From an uncultured archaeon (lineage in GTDB: Archaea > Asgardarchaeota > Thorarchaeia > Thorarchaeales > Thorarchaeaceae), in contig CAZSWP010000016.1 in NCBI GenBank assembly GCA_964610875.1, forward strand, positions 37,730 to 69,729: a stretch of DNA of 32,000 nt. The letters are read 5' to 3'. Under the pieces are notes generated by a model. It did not search any database, had not been told where the DNA came from, and saw nothing but the letters and a program-made list of their open reading frames with translations. Both the position numbers and the translations under genes were made by a program. This document shows positions 8,632 through 16,271 of the stretch, one piece after another. The number at the start of each line of letters is the position of its first letter. Positions within the stretch are counted from its first letter, which is position 1.

Positions 8632-9216
8632 GGTATTTGATATTAACTTCTACTTGCATTCAGACAAGATTATTCAGATAAATCACTGAAAGAACACGAT
8701 TAATCTTCGATTTTGAGAGTAATATGAAACAAGATTAATGTTCTCTCAAATACCATCAAGTTAAGAGCTTCAACACACCAGAGGAGTTCTGGATGTACTG
8801 TCACTATACCTGACTCGCAAGTGTTCGCCTCTGCACCATTTCCAGTTATAGAAGTTGACAATTAAAATCCATATTTAATGCAGCTGAATCAAGGAATATG
8901 CAGGAGTTTTTTGTCTAAACCAAAAGTGAAAAAACATGACACCACTTGTTTTATTATTTCAAAAAGGACATAACTAGTTTGAATAGTGTTACGGCTGTGC
9001 AAATGGAACCAGAAATAAAGCCTTTATGAACTCAAAAAACTATTAAAATGTCTATTATTACTACGTTTTGCGTAGCATTTTCTATCCTCTCTCAATTCAT
9101 ATATTAAAGATACCAAATCCCGTAAACCAGCTAGACCAAGCACCTAAGTAATCCCTTGTTCATACATTCTCTGGGAGTTATGCCCCGCGAGTGGGGAATA
9201 TATTCTCCTATTCTGC

Positions 9217-9549
9217 ATGGAAGAGTGTAAGATGACAGAAGAAAAGTCGACGCCGACATGGGTGTGGATGCTACGAGGATTTGCAGCCCTCATACTCACA
9301 ATTTTACCACTGATGGGTGTCATGTTCATCGTATTAGCTGTGGGAATCATACCAAACGTCTGGCTTGAGAAGGACAATGACCTGTTGTTGGAAGTTATCC
9401 CTAGGATTCTCGAAATCGAAACTGGATATACCGGAGTAACGACTGCAACTATCAGCTTTTCAATGCATCGAACTGATACTATTTCCAAATTTGAAACTCT
9501 TGGTTTCAGGAAAATGCGTGAGAGCATATCTATGACTAAAAGGCTCTAG
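9217..9549 (+). CDS. Hypothetical small membrane protein
   Basis: Hydrophobic stretch WVWMLRGFAALILTILPLMGVMFIVLAVGII. The plus-strand product looks more protein-like than the overlapping Ser-rich minus ORF (9144..9527). AATATATT at 9197-9204 suggests a near-leaderless start at the second ATG (9232). Confidence 0.35.
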   Translation: MEECKMTEEKSTPTWVWMLRGFAALILTILPLMGVMFIVLAVGIIPNVWLEKDNDLLLEVIPRILEIETGYTGVTTATISFSMHRTDTISKFETLGFRKMRESISMTKRL

Positions 9550-9820
9550 GTTGCATTCTTACAAATAGACCTATAGCTAGAAAGAGTCAATTGGCCTCTA
9601 TTACTAGCAATCTTTGCTCTAGTGACCATGTACAAAGTGTAAGCTCAGTTTTGTTACTTGACATGGAGAAATTACGGTGGGTAAAATTTTCATCCCTCTC
9701 GGAGTATGGGAGTGGACTTATTATCTAGCTTTGATAGACTACAACCTGTAGGTGCGAAGCTTGTCAGAAGAGAAGAAGTATCCACGAAAGAGATATGCAC
9801 CACTCTGTACTGTCAAAAGC

Positions 9821-10123
9821 ATGTCTGCAGATACAAAGAACCCCGTTCGAATACTTTGTATTGTAGTGGAAACTGCAGAAGGCGCAGCTCTTGTTCAAGA
9901 TATCTTTGATAAAATGGACAACCAGGGGTCAATCAGAGTCATTGTTCCTGAAGAATTAGAACTCGCCAAAAAGTACATGTTGATTGGAGATATTAGTGAG
10001 GACTCAGAAGGCCTTAAGTTAATTGCATCATCTGTGTATGATGTCGACACTCTTGATGTCAAGCTTTACAAGGAAACAGTGAAATTGGAGGAAAGAGTTA
10101 ACCGAGCTAACCACTCACCATAA
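9821..10123 (+). CDS. Small OB-fold protein, RPA3/RPA14-like (tentative)
   Basis: I prefer the ATG at 9821 (100 aa) over the tracked GTG at 9752. The pattern is NPVRILCIVVE...GSIRVIV...YMLIGDIS...LKLIASSVYDV..LDVKLYKETVKLEE. It resembles the beta-barrel plus C-terminal helix of eukaryotic RPA3 (as recalled: KPVCFVGRLE...GTIEL...VEVVGRV...FDLGLYNEAVKI). The gene sits directly upstream of pcn. Confidence 0.4.
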   Translation: MSADTKNPVRILCIVVETAEGAALVQDIFDKMDNQGSIRVIVPEELELAKKYMLIGDISEDSEGLKLIASSVYDVDTLDVKLYKETVKLEERVNRANHSP

Positions 10124-10141
10124 TTCACTGGAGGAACCATA

Positions 10142-10897
10142 ATGTTTCACGCAACACTGGATAGCACCAAGACATGGAAACAGATTGTGGACTCGTTAGC
10201 CACACTCTTAACAGAGGTCCACTTTGTCATTTCCGAAACTGGTGTTACACTACGTCAATTAGACTCTTCAAAGGCTGCGATGGTTGACCTGACGCTTCCA
10301 TCAGGAGTCTTTCAGGAGTATGCATGTAAGGGAGAACATGATGTCTGTCTGGGAATGGATGAACTGGCCAAAGTCAGTAAGAGAATGGCCGGGGATGATG
10401 TACTTGATTTCAGTCTGGATGAGAAGGAGAAACGTTTTGAAATCAGGATGACGGGGCAAGCTGAGCGAAGATTCAGCCTGCAATTATTGACTCCCCCTGA
10501 AGACCGTAGCAAGAAACCGAATCTCTCCTTTGAAGTGAAAGCAGAACTAGATGCAAACTCCTTCAAGCAAGCAGTCAAAGACATTGGTGTTATATCTAAT
10601 CATATCAAAATCGTTGCAGACGGTGACACATTGCGTTTCCTTGGAGAAGGGGACACTGGTGAAGCGGAGGTCTCTCTGAAGAAAGGTGATGATGACTCTC
10701 TCCTCATCGATCTCAAGGTAGACAAGAAAGCCACTGCAATGTATGCTCTCAGCTACTTGTCGGAGATAGCAAAGGCGATGGCAAGTAATAATCTCATGTT
10801 ACAGTTCAGCTCTGACAAACCCATTCTGTTGGACTTTGCAGTTGCTGAGGGTGGAAGAATCAGTTTCATCTTAGCACCCAGAGTTGAGAGAAGGTAA
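10142..10897 (+). CDS. pcn: DNA polymerase sliding clamp PCNA
   Basis: 251 aa. N-terminal WKQIVDSLATLLTEVHFVISETGVTLRQLDSSKAAMVDL and C-terminal ISFILAPRVE are typical of archaeal PCNA. Confidence 0.9.
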   Translation: MFHATLDSTKTWKQIVDSLATLLTEVHFVISETGVTLRQLDSSKAAMVDLTLPSGVFQEYACKGEHDVCLGMDELAKVSKRMAGDDVLDFSLDEKEKRFEIRMTGQAERRFSLQLLTPPEDRSKKPNLSFEVKAELDANSFKQAVKDIGVISNHIKIVADGDTLRFLGEGDTGEAEVSLKKGDDDSLLIDLKVDKKATAMYALSYLSEIAKAMASNNLMLQFSSDKPILLDFAVAEGGRISFILAPRVERR

Positions 10898-10922
10898 TCC
10901 GTGATGACAATGGTGCTTCCAG

Positions 10923-12323
10923 ATGGCGAACGATACCAAGGAACGTACCCGTAGGTTCCTTCAGCTACTGTTCCAAGATTATTATAGAACACATCATGAT
11001 AGTGTGAATATTCCTGCCAAAATCCATATGCGTGAATTTGGTGTTGAGAGCTGGTACTATACTTGGAGATGCAATATTCGTGTTGAAAAGACAGAAGACG
11101 GGTCTGAGATCAAATCAGGATGTGGTGAGAGTGGTACATCATTTCTACCTCTCACAGAATGTCCATCTTGTGGGTCCACCGACTTAGATATCACAAATTG
11201 GTCCCGTCATCTGGGTTTTAAATCAAAGGACCTTCTTCTTAACGAGATTGTCACAAACGTTCCTCACAGTGTTTATCATTCATCCGCATTCTACGAGTTT
11301 CCTATTGCAAGAAGAATGATTGAGAAAAACTGGCAAGGTGCAGAATTAGTCTTTGATATAGATGCTGACCATCTTGACATTCATTGTGCTGATAATCATG
11401 ATGCGTGGATGTGCTCTAATCCAGAGTGCGAACATAAAGGAACTGGAAGACCGCCGGAAAAATGCCCCGAGTGTGAAGGTGATTCCTTTTCATCTTTCAA
11501 ATGGCTATGTGATAGATGCTTGGAACGTGCCAAACGCGATACAGTCAAACTTTACGATAAATTTCTCCTAAAACACTTTGGTATAGATGAAGACAAGACA
11601 ATCCTGAATTACAGTGGTCACAGAGGGTATCATATTAGAGTTAATGACCCAAAGATTCACGAACTTGATTCTAATGCACGTTCTGAGATTGCTCGATACA
11701 TCACAGGAGATGGGCTGAGTAGCAGCATAACCTCTAAAGGAAACCTACGAGTGATTCCCACAGGCGAACTAAGAAGCTGGCAATTACCCTCCATTGCAAG
11801 ACGTATTGCTGATGCCATGATTGCATTTATTGACAATCTTGACTTTTATGAAGGAAATGACAGATGGCTAAAGTATTTGGTTGAGGGGAAGAAGGATGCA
11901 ATTGACGGTCTTTCTAGAAACCCCCCGATTTTGAGTTACAAGGTAAAAGGCATTGGAGTAAAATCGTGGCAAGAGATTGTCGAACAGGCAATCACGTTCT
12001 ACAATGCCGAAATTGATTTGCCTGTCACACATGACATACATCGTGTAATCAGGCTCATAGGCAGTCTTAATGGCAAAACCGGATTTACTGTGAACCACCT
12101 AACTCGTGATCAGCTGGACGACTTTGATCCATTTGCAGACCCTTTGGCATTTGCAAACAATCAGTCCATAAAACTGAGAATCCCTGAAATGAGATTCAGT
12201 GTTCCGGAATTCAGAATAGGTGATGACCTATATGGTCCGTATAACAATACCAATGAGGAACTTCCAATGCCTGCAGCAGTGTTCCTAATGTGCAAGGGGA
12301 TGGCATCCTATGAGCGATCCTGA
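10923..12323 (+). CDS. priS: DNA primase catalytic (small) subunit PriS, with an extra N-terminal Cys-containing insert
   Basis: Catalytic motifs ELVFDIDADH and SGHRGYHIRV. The canonical Zn stem is CSNPECEH...CPECEG. At 466 aa it is long for PriS. An extra segment of about 50 aa (aa 44-93: WRC...GCG...CPSCG) lies between the REFG and SRHLGF motifs. Confidence 0.88.
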   Translation: MANDTKERTRRFLQLLFQDYYRTHHDSVNIPAKIHMREFGVESWYYTWRCNIRVEKTEDGSEIKSGCGESGTSFLPLTECPSCGSTDLDITNWSRHLGFKSKDLLLNEIVTNVPHSVYHSSAFYEFPIARRMIEKNWQGAELVFDIDADHLDIHCADNHDAWMCSNPECEHKGTGRPPEKCPECEGDSFSSFKWLCDRCLERAKRDTVKLYDKFLLKHFGIDEDKTILNYSGHRGYHIRVNDPKIHELDSNARSEIARYITGDGLSSSITSKGNLRVIPTGELRSWQLPSIARRIADAMIAFIDNLDFYEGNDRWLKYLVEGKKDAIDGLSRNPPILSYKVKGIGVKSWQEIVEQAITFYNAEIDLPVTHDIHRVIRLIGSLNGKTGFTVNHLTRDQLDDFDPFADPLAFANNQSIKLRIPEMRFSVPEFRIGDDLYGPYNNTNEELPMPAAVFLMCKGMASYERS

Positions 12324-12963
12324 TTATATCAATATCCAAAACGCATGGGAAGATGAGCAAGATGACTCCGCACTGAAGGATCTTGAGGATCTCAGACTGA
12401 GTAAGATGGCAGAAGCATTATCTCGAGTACGACTACAGCTTGCTGAAACTCCATCTGAAAAGGAGATTGAAGCAGAAATCCTTACCCAACAAGCCCTCAA
12501 TATGGAGTATATGCTGAAAGACCTCCTACATATGCGTCGTAACAAAATCATCTCAGATGTTCTACGAGGTGAAACCCCTTCAGGTATAATGACATTATCC
12601 GAGGAAGAGTTCTACAATCGCCTCTCAAGAGCTTTTACCAGCCACACAGAGTTCACCGAAGAAGTCCTTACTGGTACACCTCCTCCCACATTGCGAAAAG
12701 AGGATCCTCCTAAGAAGAAGAAAACTAAAGATAAGAAAAAATCTGAGAAGGAACCTGATGATGGATTGCAATACATTATGGTGCGATTCACTCGTGAAGT
12801 AGAAGAGGAATTCGTTGGGATGGACGAGATAGTGTACGGCCCATTTGGAAAAGAGGACATTGCAACAATCCCCACTGCTAACGCAAGAATCTGGCTTCGT
12901 AATGGTACAGCAGTACGTGTCATTGCAGACGATATTGAGAGGGAAGATGACAATGAAGAGTGA
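12310..12963 (+). CDS. GINS subunit (Gins51/Gins15 type, A-domain then B-domain)
   Basis: A-domain helices (LLHMRRNKIISDVL). B-domain YIMVRFTREVEEEFVGMDEIVYGPFGKEDIATIPTANARIWLRNGTAVRV matches the archaeal Gins51 C-terminus as I recall it. It overlaps priS by 14 nt; priS-gins51 adjacency is known in archaea. The inter-domain linker is Lys-rich (PPKKKKTKDKKKSEKE). Confidence 0.75.
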   Translation: MSDPDYINIQNAWEDEQDDSALKDLEDLRLSKMAEALSRVRLQLAETPSEKEIEAEILTQQALNMEYMLKDLLHMRRNKIISDVLRGETPSGIMTLSEEEFYNRLSRAFTSHTEFTEEVLTGTPPPTLRKEDPPKKKKTKDKKKSEKEPDDGLQYIMVRFTREVEEEFVGMDEIVYGPFGKEDIATIPTANARIWLRNGTAVRVIADDIEREDDNEE

Positions 12964-13252
12964 GAATATTCTTGAATCACTTCACAAAATCCGGCAACTG
13001 GTAGATGCGATACAACGCGATATGACCAGTGACTCACAAAAGATGCGTGTTGCTCTGTCAAATATAATGCGTCTTTTGAATAGGGAGAAGGGGACTATTA
13101 CTGATCTTGGTGGTACCCCAGATGACCTTCTAAAGTACCTACTAACCCTGTCAAACGAGCATGAGAACAAGATAGTGATAACAATCGACAGTGTCACAAA
13201 AGACCTCGATGAACTGATTATAGCGGTAAATCGTGATGTACGAAACGGCTAA
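12947..13252 (+). CDS. Hypothetical small helical protein (about 101 aa)
   Basis: The tracked ORF 12845..13252 overlaps the GINS gene heavily. ATGs at 12947 and 12953 give MTMKSENILESLHKIRQLVDAIQRD..., which overlaps the GINS stop by only 11-17 nt (operon-style coupling). No family recognised. Confidence 0.45.
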   Translation: MTMKSENILESLHKIRQLVDAIQRDMTSDSQKMRVALSNIMRLLNREKGTITDLGGTPDDLLKYLLTLSNEHENKIVITIDSVTKDLDELIIAVNRDVRNG

Positions 13253-13256
13253 GTGT

Positions 13257-13487
13257 ATGATTTCCTCCTACCTATACATGTCACCAAACAAGAGATGGAT
13301 TTTGTATATCGCGGCCATTATTTGCATAGCACTTGCACTAATCGGTGGCATGATGTATCCCCTAAACCAGCTTGATATCATCAGTATTCTAGCATATGAA
13401 GTAGTGGTCATCTTTTTTATGTTGGCCATCATCAAACTCATTTATGATAGGGGACTTCCAGACAACACAGAATATGAACCAATGTAG
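13257..13487 (+). CDS. Hypothetical small membrane protein (two predicted TM helices)
   Basis: WILYIAAIICIALALIGGMMY and IISILAYEVVVIFFMLAIIKLIY. I prefer the ATG at 13257, just after the upstream stop, to the tracked GTG at 13233. Confidence 0.45.
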   Translation: MISSYLYMSPNKRWILYIAAIICIALALIGGMMYPLNQLDIISILAYEVVVIFFMLAIIKLIYDRGLPDNTEYEPM

Positions 13488-13593
13488 CACGCTGTCGTTC
13501 TTTTGTCGAACCACATCTTTTAATATCGGATTAAATCAGGCTCAATTACAAGCTAGCCTATGTGCCATTTAGATATCTGGTGGTTCGACTCTT

Positions 13594-14136
13594 ATGACAG
13601 AAACAGACGAAAAAACTGGTCCTCCTGAAACACTGGTTGAACCTGTTGACATGTCCACGCTGGACCAGGGATTCAGGGATGAAATAAAGAGCATGCCCCA
13701 TGGCGAAGCACTCTCAGCCTGTTTTGCATGTTCTACTTGCACTGCCGCATGTCCAATTGCAAACATGTGGGAATACAAACCACATCAGCTAATTCGAATG
13801 ATAATTCTTGGTATGCGGGAAAAGGTACTGTCCTCAGACGAGATCTGGTTATGCCTGACTTGTTTTGAGTGTCAGGAACGATGTCCTCAGAATGTACGTG
13901 TCACTGACATCTTATTTGATTGTAAGAATTTAGCAGCTGAAGAAGGAAAGATTCCTAGCAACATCGTGGCCCTTGCTCAATCATTGATGTCAGATGGTCA
14001 GCTCTATGTCATCACAGCGGATTGGGAACGTGAAGATATGGAACTAGAACCAGAGCTTCCTGGTCTTTCTACTGATGAAATCAAAGAGATTTTGAAAAAC
14101 ACTCGGACCGGTAAAATTGTGGGAGGAGATGAGTAG
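13594..14136 (+). CDS. hdrC: Heterodisulfide reductase subunit C-like (2x[4Fe-4S])
   Basis: Two CxxCxxCxxxCP motifs: CFACSTCTAACP and CLTCFECQERCP. The stop directly abuts the hdrB ATG. Confidence 0.85.
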   Translation: MTETDEKTGPPETLVEPVDMSTLDQGFRDEIKSMPHGEALSACFACSTCTAACPIANMWEYKPHQLIRMIILGMREKVLSSDEIWLCLTCFECQERCPQNVRVTDILFDCKNLAAEEGKIPSNIVALAQSLMSDGQLYVITADWEREDMELEPELPGLSTDEIKEILKNTRTGKIVGGDE

Positions 14137-15003
14137 ATGCCATCATATAATCTCTATATGGGCTGCAGTGTTCCAGCTAACTACCCCAACTATGAAGCAT
14201 CAATTTTCAAAGTAGCGGAACTATTTGATATGGAACTGAACTACATGGAAGGGGTGGCATGTTGTGGAAGTCCTAATCTTCGAGCAATAGATTATCTAGG
14301 CTGGGTGCTTGTTAATGCCAGAACTCTAGCTATTGCTGATAAGAATGGACAAGATATCATCACACCATGCAATGGCTGTTTTGGTTCACTAAAAGATGTT
14401 CATCACTTACTAATGCATGATAAAGAATATGTAAAGAAGGTAAACAAGGAATTAAAGAAAGAGGGCCTTGAGTTTACTGGACGAGCAAAACCTCGGCATT
14501 TTGTTGAGGCACTCTATACAGACATAGGCATTGAAGAAATAAAGAGCAAAATCAAAAAACCACTAGACGGTGTAGGGATTGCAATACACTATGGTTGTCA
14601 TCTTTTGCGTCCTAAAGATGTCACTGAGATTGAACCCGAGTATGTTGCTGAGCTAGTTAGTGCCACTGGCGCAAGTGTTGTTGAATATCATCTCTGGAAA
14701 CAATGTTGTGGCGCAACGGTATTGCCTGTGAACGAACCTCTGGCAATTCGACTAGCACGTGATAAACTCAAATCAATGAAAGATGCTGGTGCTGAATTTG
14801 CAACAGTGATCTGTCCTGCATGCTGCAACCAGCTTGATCTACAACAGTTGGGATTGAAGGAGTCGTATGGTGAAGAATACAACCTGCCAGTACTGTTCTA
14901 CCCTCAGATACTTGGTCTTGCTTTGGGTCTTGACGAGGAAACAGTTGGTCTTGAGATGAATCGTGTATCAGCTAATCCGATTCTTGAACATCTTTCAGGT
15001 TGA
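14137..15003 (+). CDS. hdrB: Heterodisulfide reductase subunit B-like (two CCG domains)
   Basis: CCG-domain cysteine motifs VACCGSPN...CNGCFG and QCCGATV...CPACCNQ. 288 aa, typical HdrB size. Confidence 0.85.
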   Translation: MPSYNLYMGCSVPANYPNYEASIFKVAELFDMELNYMEGVACCGSPNLRAIDYLGWVLVNARTLAIADKNGQDIITPCNGCFGSLKDVHHLLMHDKEYVKKVNKELKKEGLEFTGRAKPRHFVEALYTDIGIEEIKSKIKKPLDGVGIAIHYGCHLLRPKDVTEIEPEYVAELVSATGASVVEYHLWKQCCGATVLPVNEPLAIRLARDKLKSMKDAGAEFATVICPACCNQLDLQQLGLKESYGEEYNLPVLFYPQILGLALGLDEETVGLEMNRVSANPILEHLSG

Positions 15004-15016
15004 GGTGTGTAGTAAG

Positions 15017-16267
15017 ATGTCTGACCCAGTCCTTGTCATTGGTGCTGGCGTTGCAGGGATGACCGCAGCTGTTGAGCTTGCGGACTCTGGTATCAAGACC
15101 ATATTGGTAGAACGTCTAAATACCATTGGTGGCAATGCTCTTGACCTCTACAAAGCATTTCCCACCGATGATTGTTTCTATTGTTTTGAAGGAAACAGGT
15201 GGCGTCCTGGCATCAGAAAATGTTTCTATAGAAGTGCTATGACTGACCAGCCAAATATTGACCTTAAAATGAACACAACTGTTGAGAAGATCACAGGGGA
15301 TCCTGGTAAATTTGAAGTCACATTGAAGATCGGTCCAAAATATATTGACCCGAAGAAATGTATAATGTGTGGACTCTGCCTGAAGGAGTCAAAGGCATTT
15401 CAATTAATATCCCCACAATGTCAACCACAAGCAGTAACATTCAATCCTGAATTACTTGATGATGCTGCAAAGAAAGCAACAGAAGACTGTCCTACAAAAG
15501 CAATTGATCTAGATGCTAAACCCTCTGAGGATATAATAAAGGTTGCAGATATTGTGATTGCAACTGGTTTTCATGAGATGCAACCCTCCACAATCGACGA
15601 ATACGGTTATGGAAGGCACGCAAATGTAATAACACAACTCGAACTAGCCAAGATTCTTGACCCTCTTGAAGAATCTGGGGGTAAACTTGTTCGACCCTCT
15701 GATGGTAAGACTGCCAAAAATGTGATGATGGTACAATGTGTTGGTAGCAGAGATGAGAATTACTATCCATATTGTTCCAAGATATGTTGTGTATTTGCAT
15801 TAAAACATGCTAATATTATCGTCAACGAACTAGGTGCTGCAAATGTCAGTGTCGTATACATGGACATTCGTACCTACGACCGACATGAACGATACTACCG
15901 CGACTCCCGTACTGGTGGTGTTGACTTCATAAGAGGACGTATCACAAGCGTTGTTCCCGATACGGATGGGACTTTGACAATCACTGTTTATGACTCCTTA
16001 CTAAATCAATATCTAAAGACCGAAGTAGATTTGTTAGTGCTATCATCAGCTCTTGAACCCCCTGAAGGTGCGAATGAGTTGATTGAAGCCTTAGGTCTAA
16101 AGAGTGCTAGTGGGTTTGTCGCTCCTGAGGATCCCACTTCGGAGAACGAAGTTGTGGCAGGTCCCCATGTTTATGCATGCGGCACTGCCTTAGGACCAGC
16201 TGAAGTACCAGAGAGTGTCACACAAGCACGGGCTGCTGTGTCAAAGATTATTCAGAGCAGGATGTGA
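15017..16267 (+). CDS. hdrA: HdrA-like FAD/Fe-S flavoprotein, short form (about 416 aa; no C-terminal ferredoxin or MvhD part)
   Basis: ATG at 15017 with GAGGTG upstream (tracked GTG at 14963 is less likely). Dinucleotide fold VIGAGVAGMTAA. HdrA signatures FPTDDC and QCVGSRD...YCSKICC. The inserted Cys motif is partly degenerate (CIMCGLC...DCP). Confidence 0.8.
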   Translation: MSDPVLVIGAGVAGMTAAVELADSGIKTILVERLNTIGGNALDLYKAFPTDDCFYCFEGNRWRPGIRKCFYRSAMTDQPNIDLKMNTTVEKITGDPGKFEVTLKIGPKYIDPKKCIMCGLCLKESKAFQLISPQCQPQAVTFNPELLDDAAKKATEDCPTKAIDLDAKPSEDIIKVADIVIATGFHEMQPSTIDEYGYGRHANVITQLELAKILDPLEESGGKLVRPSDGKTAKNVMMVQCVGSRDENYYPYCSKICCVFALKHANIIVNELGAANVSVVYMDIRTYDRHERYYRDSRTGGVDFIRGRITSVVPDTDGTLTITVYDSLLNQYLKTEVDLLVLSSALEPPEGANELIEALGLKSASGFVAPEDPTSENEVVAGPHVYACGTALGPAEVPESVTQARAAVSKIIQSRM

Positions 16268-16271
16268 TACA

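Noticed and set aside
6968-9156. Possible flanking direct repeat of island 1 (ACCTAAGTA at about 6970 and about 9143)
   Set aside because: The match is only 9 nt. A match of that length between two spacers of a few hundred nt is expected by chance, so it is not evidence for att sites.
9144-9527. 127-aa minus-strand ORF
   Set aside because: It competes with the plus-strand 9217..9549 ORF. The minus product is Ser-rich with no hydrophobic pattern, so the plus strand is preferred, though only weakly.
12612-13061. 149-aa minus-strand ORF
   Set aside because: It is antisense to gins51 and the following small gene. The product is Ser-rich and low-complexity, so it is a shadow ORF.
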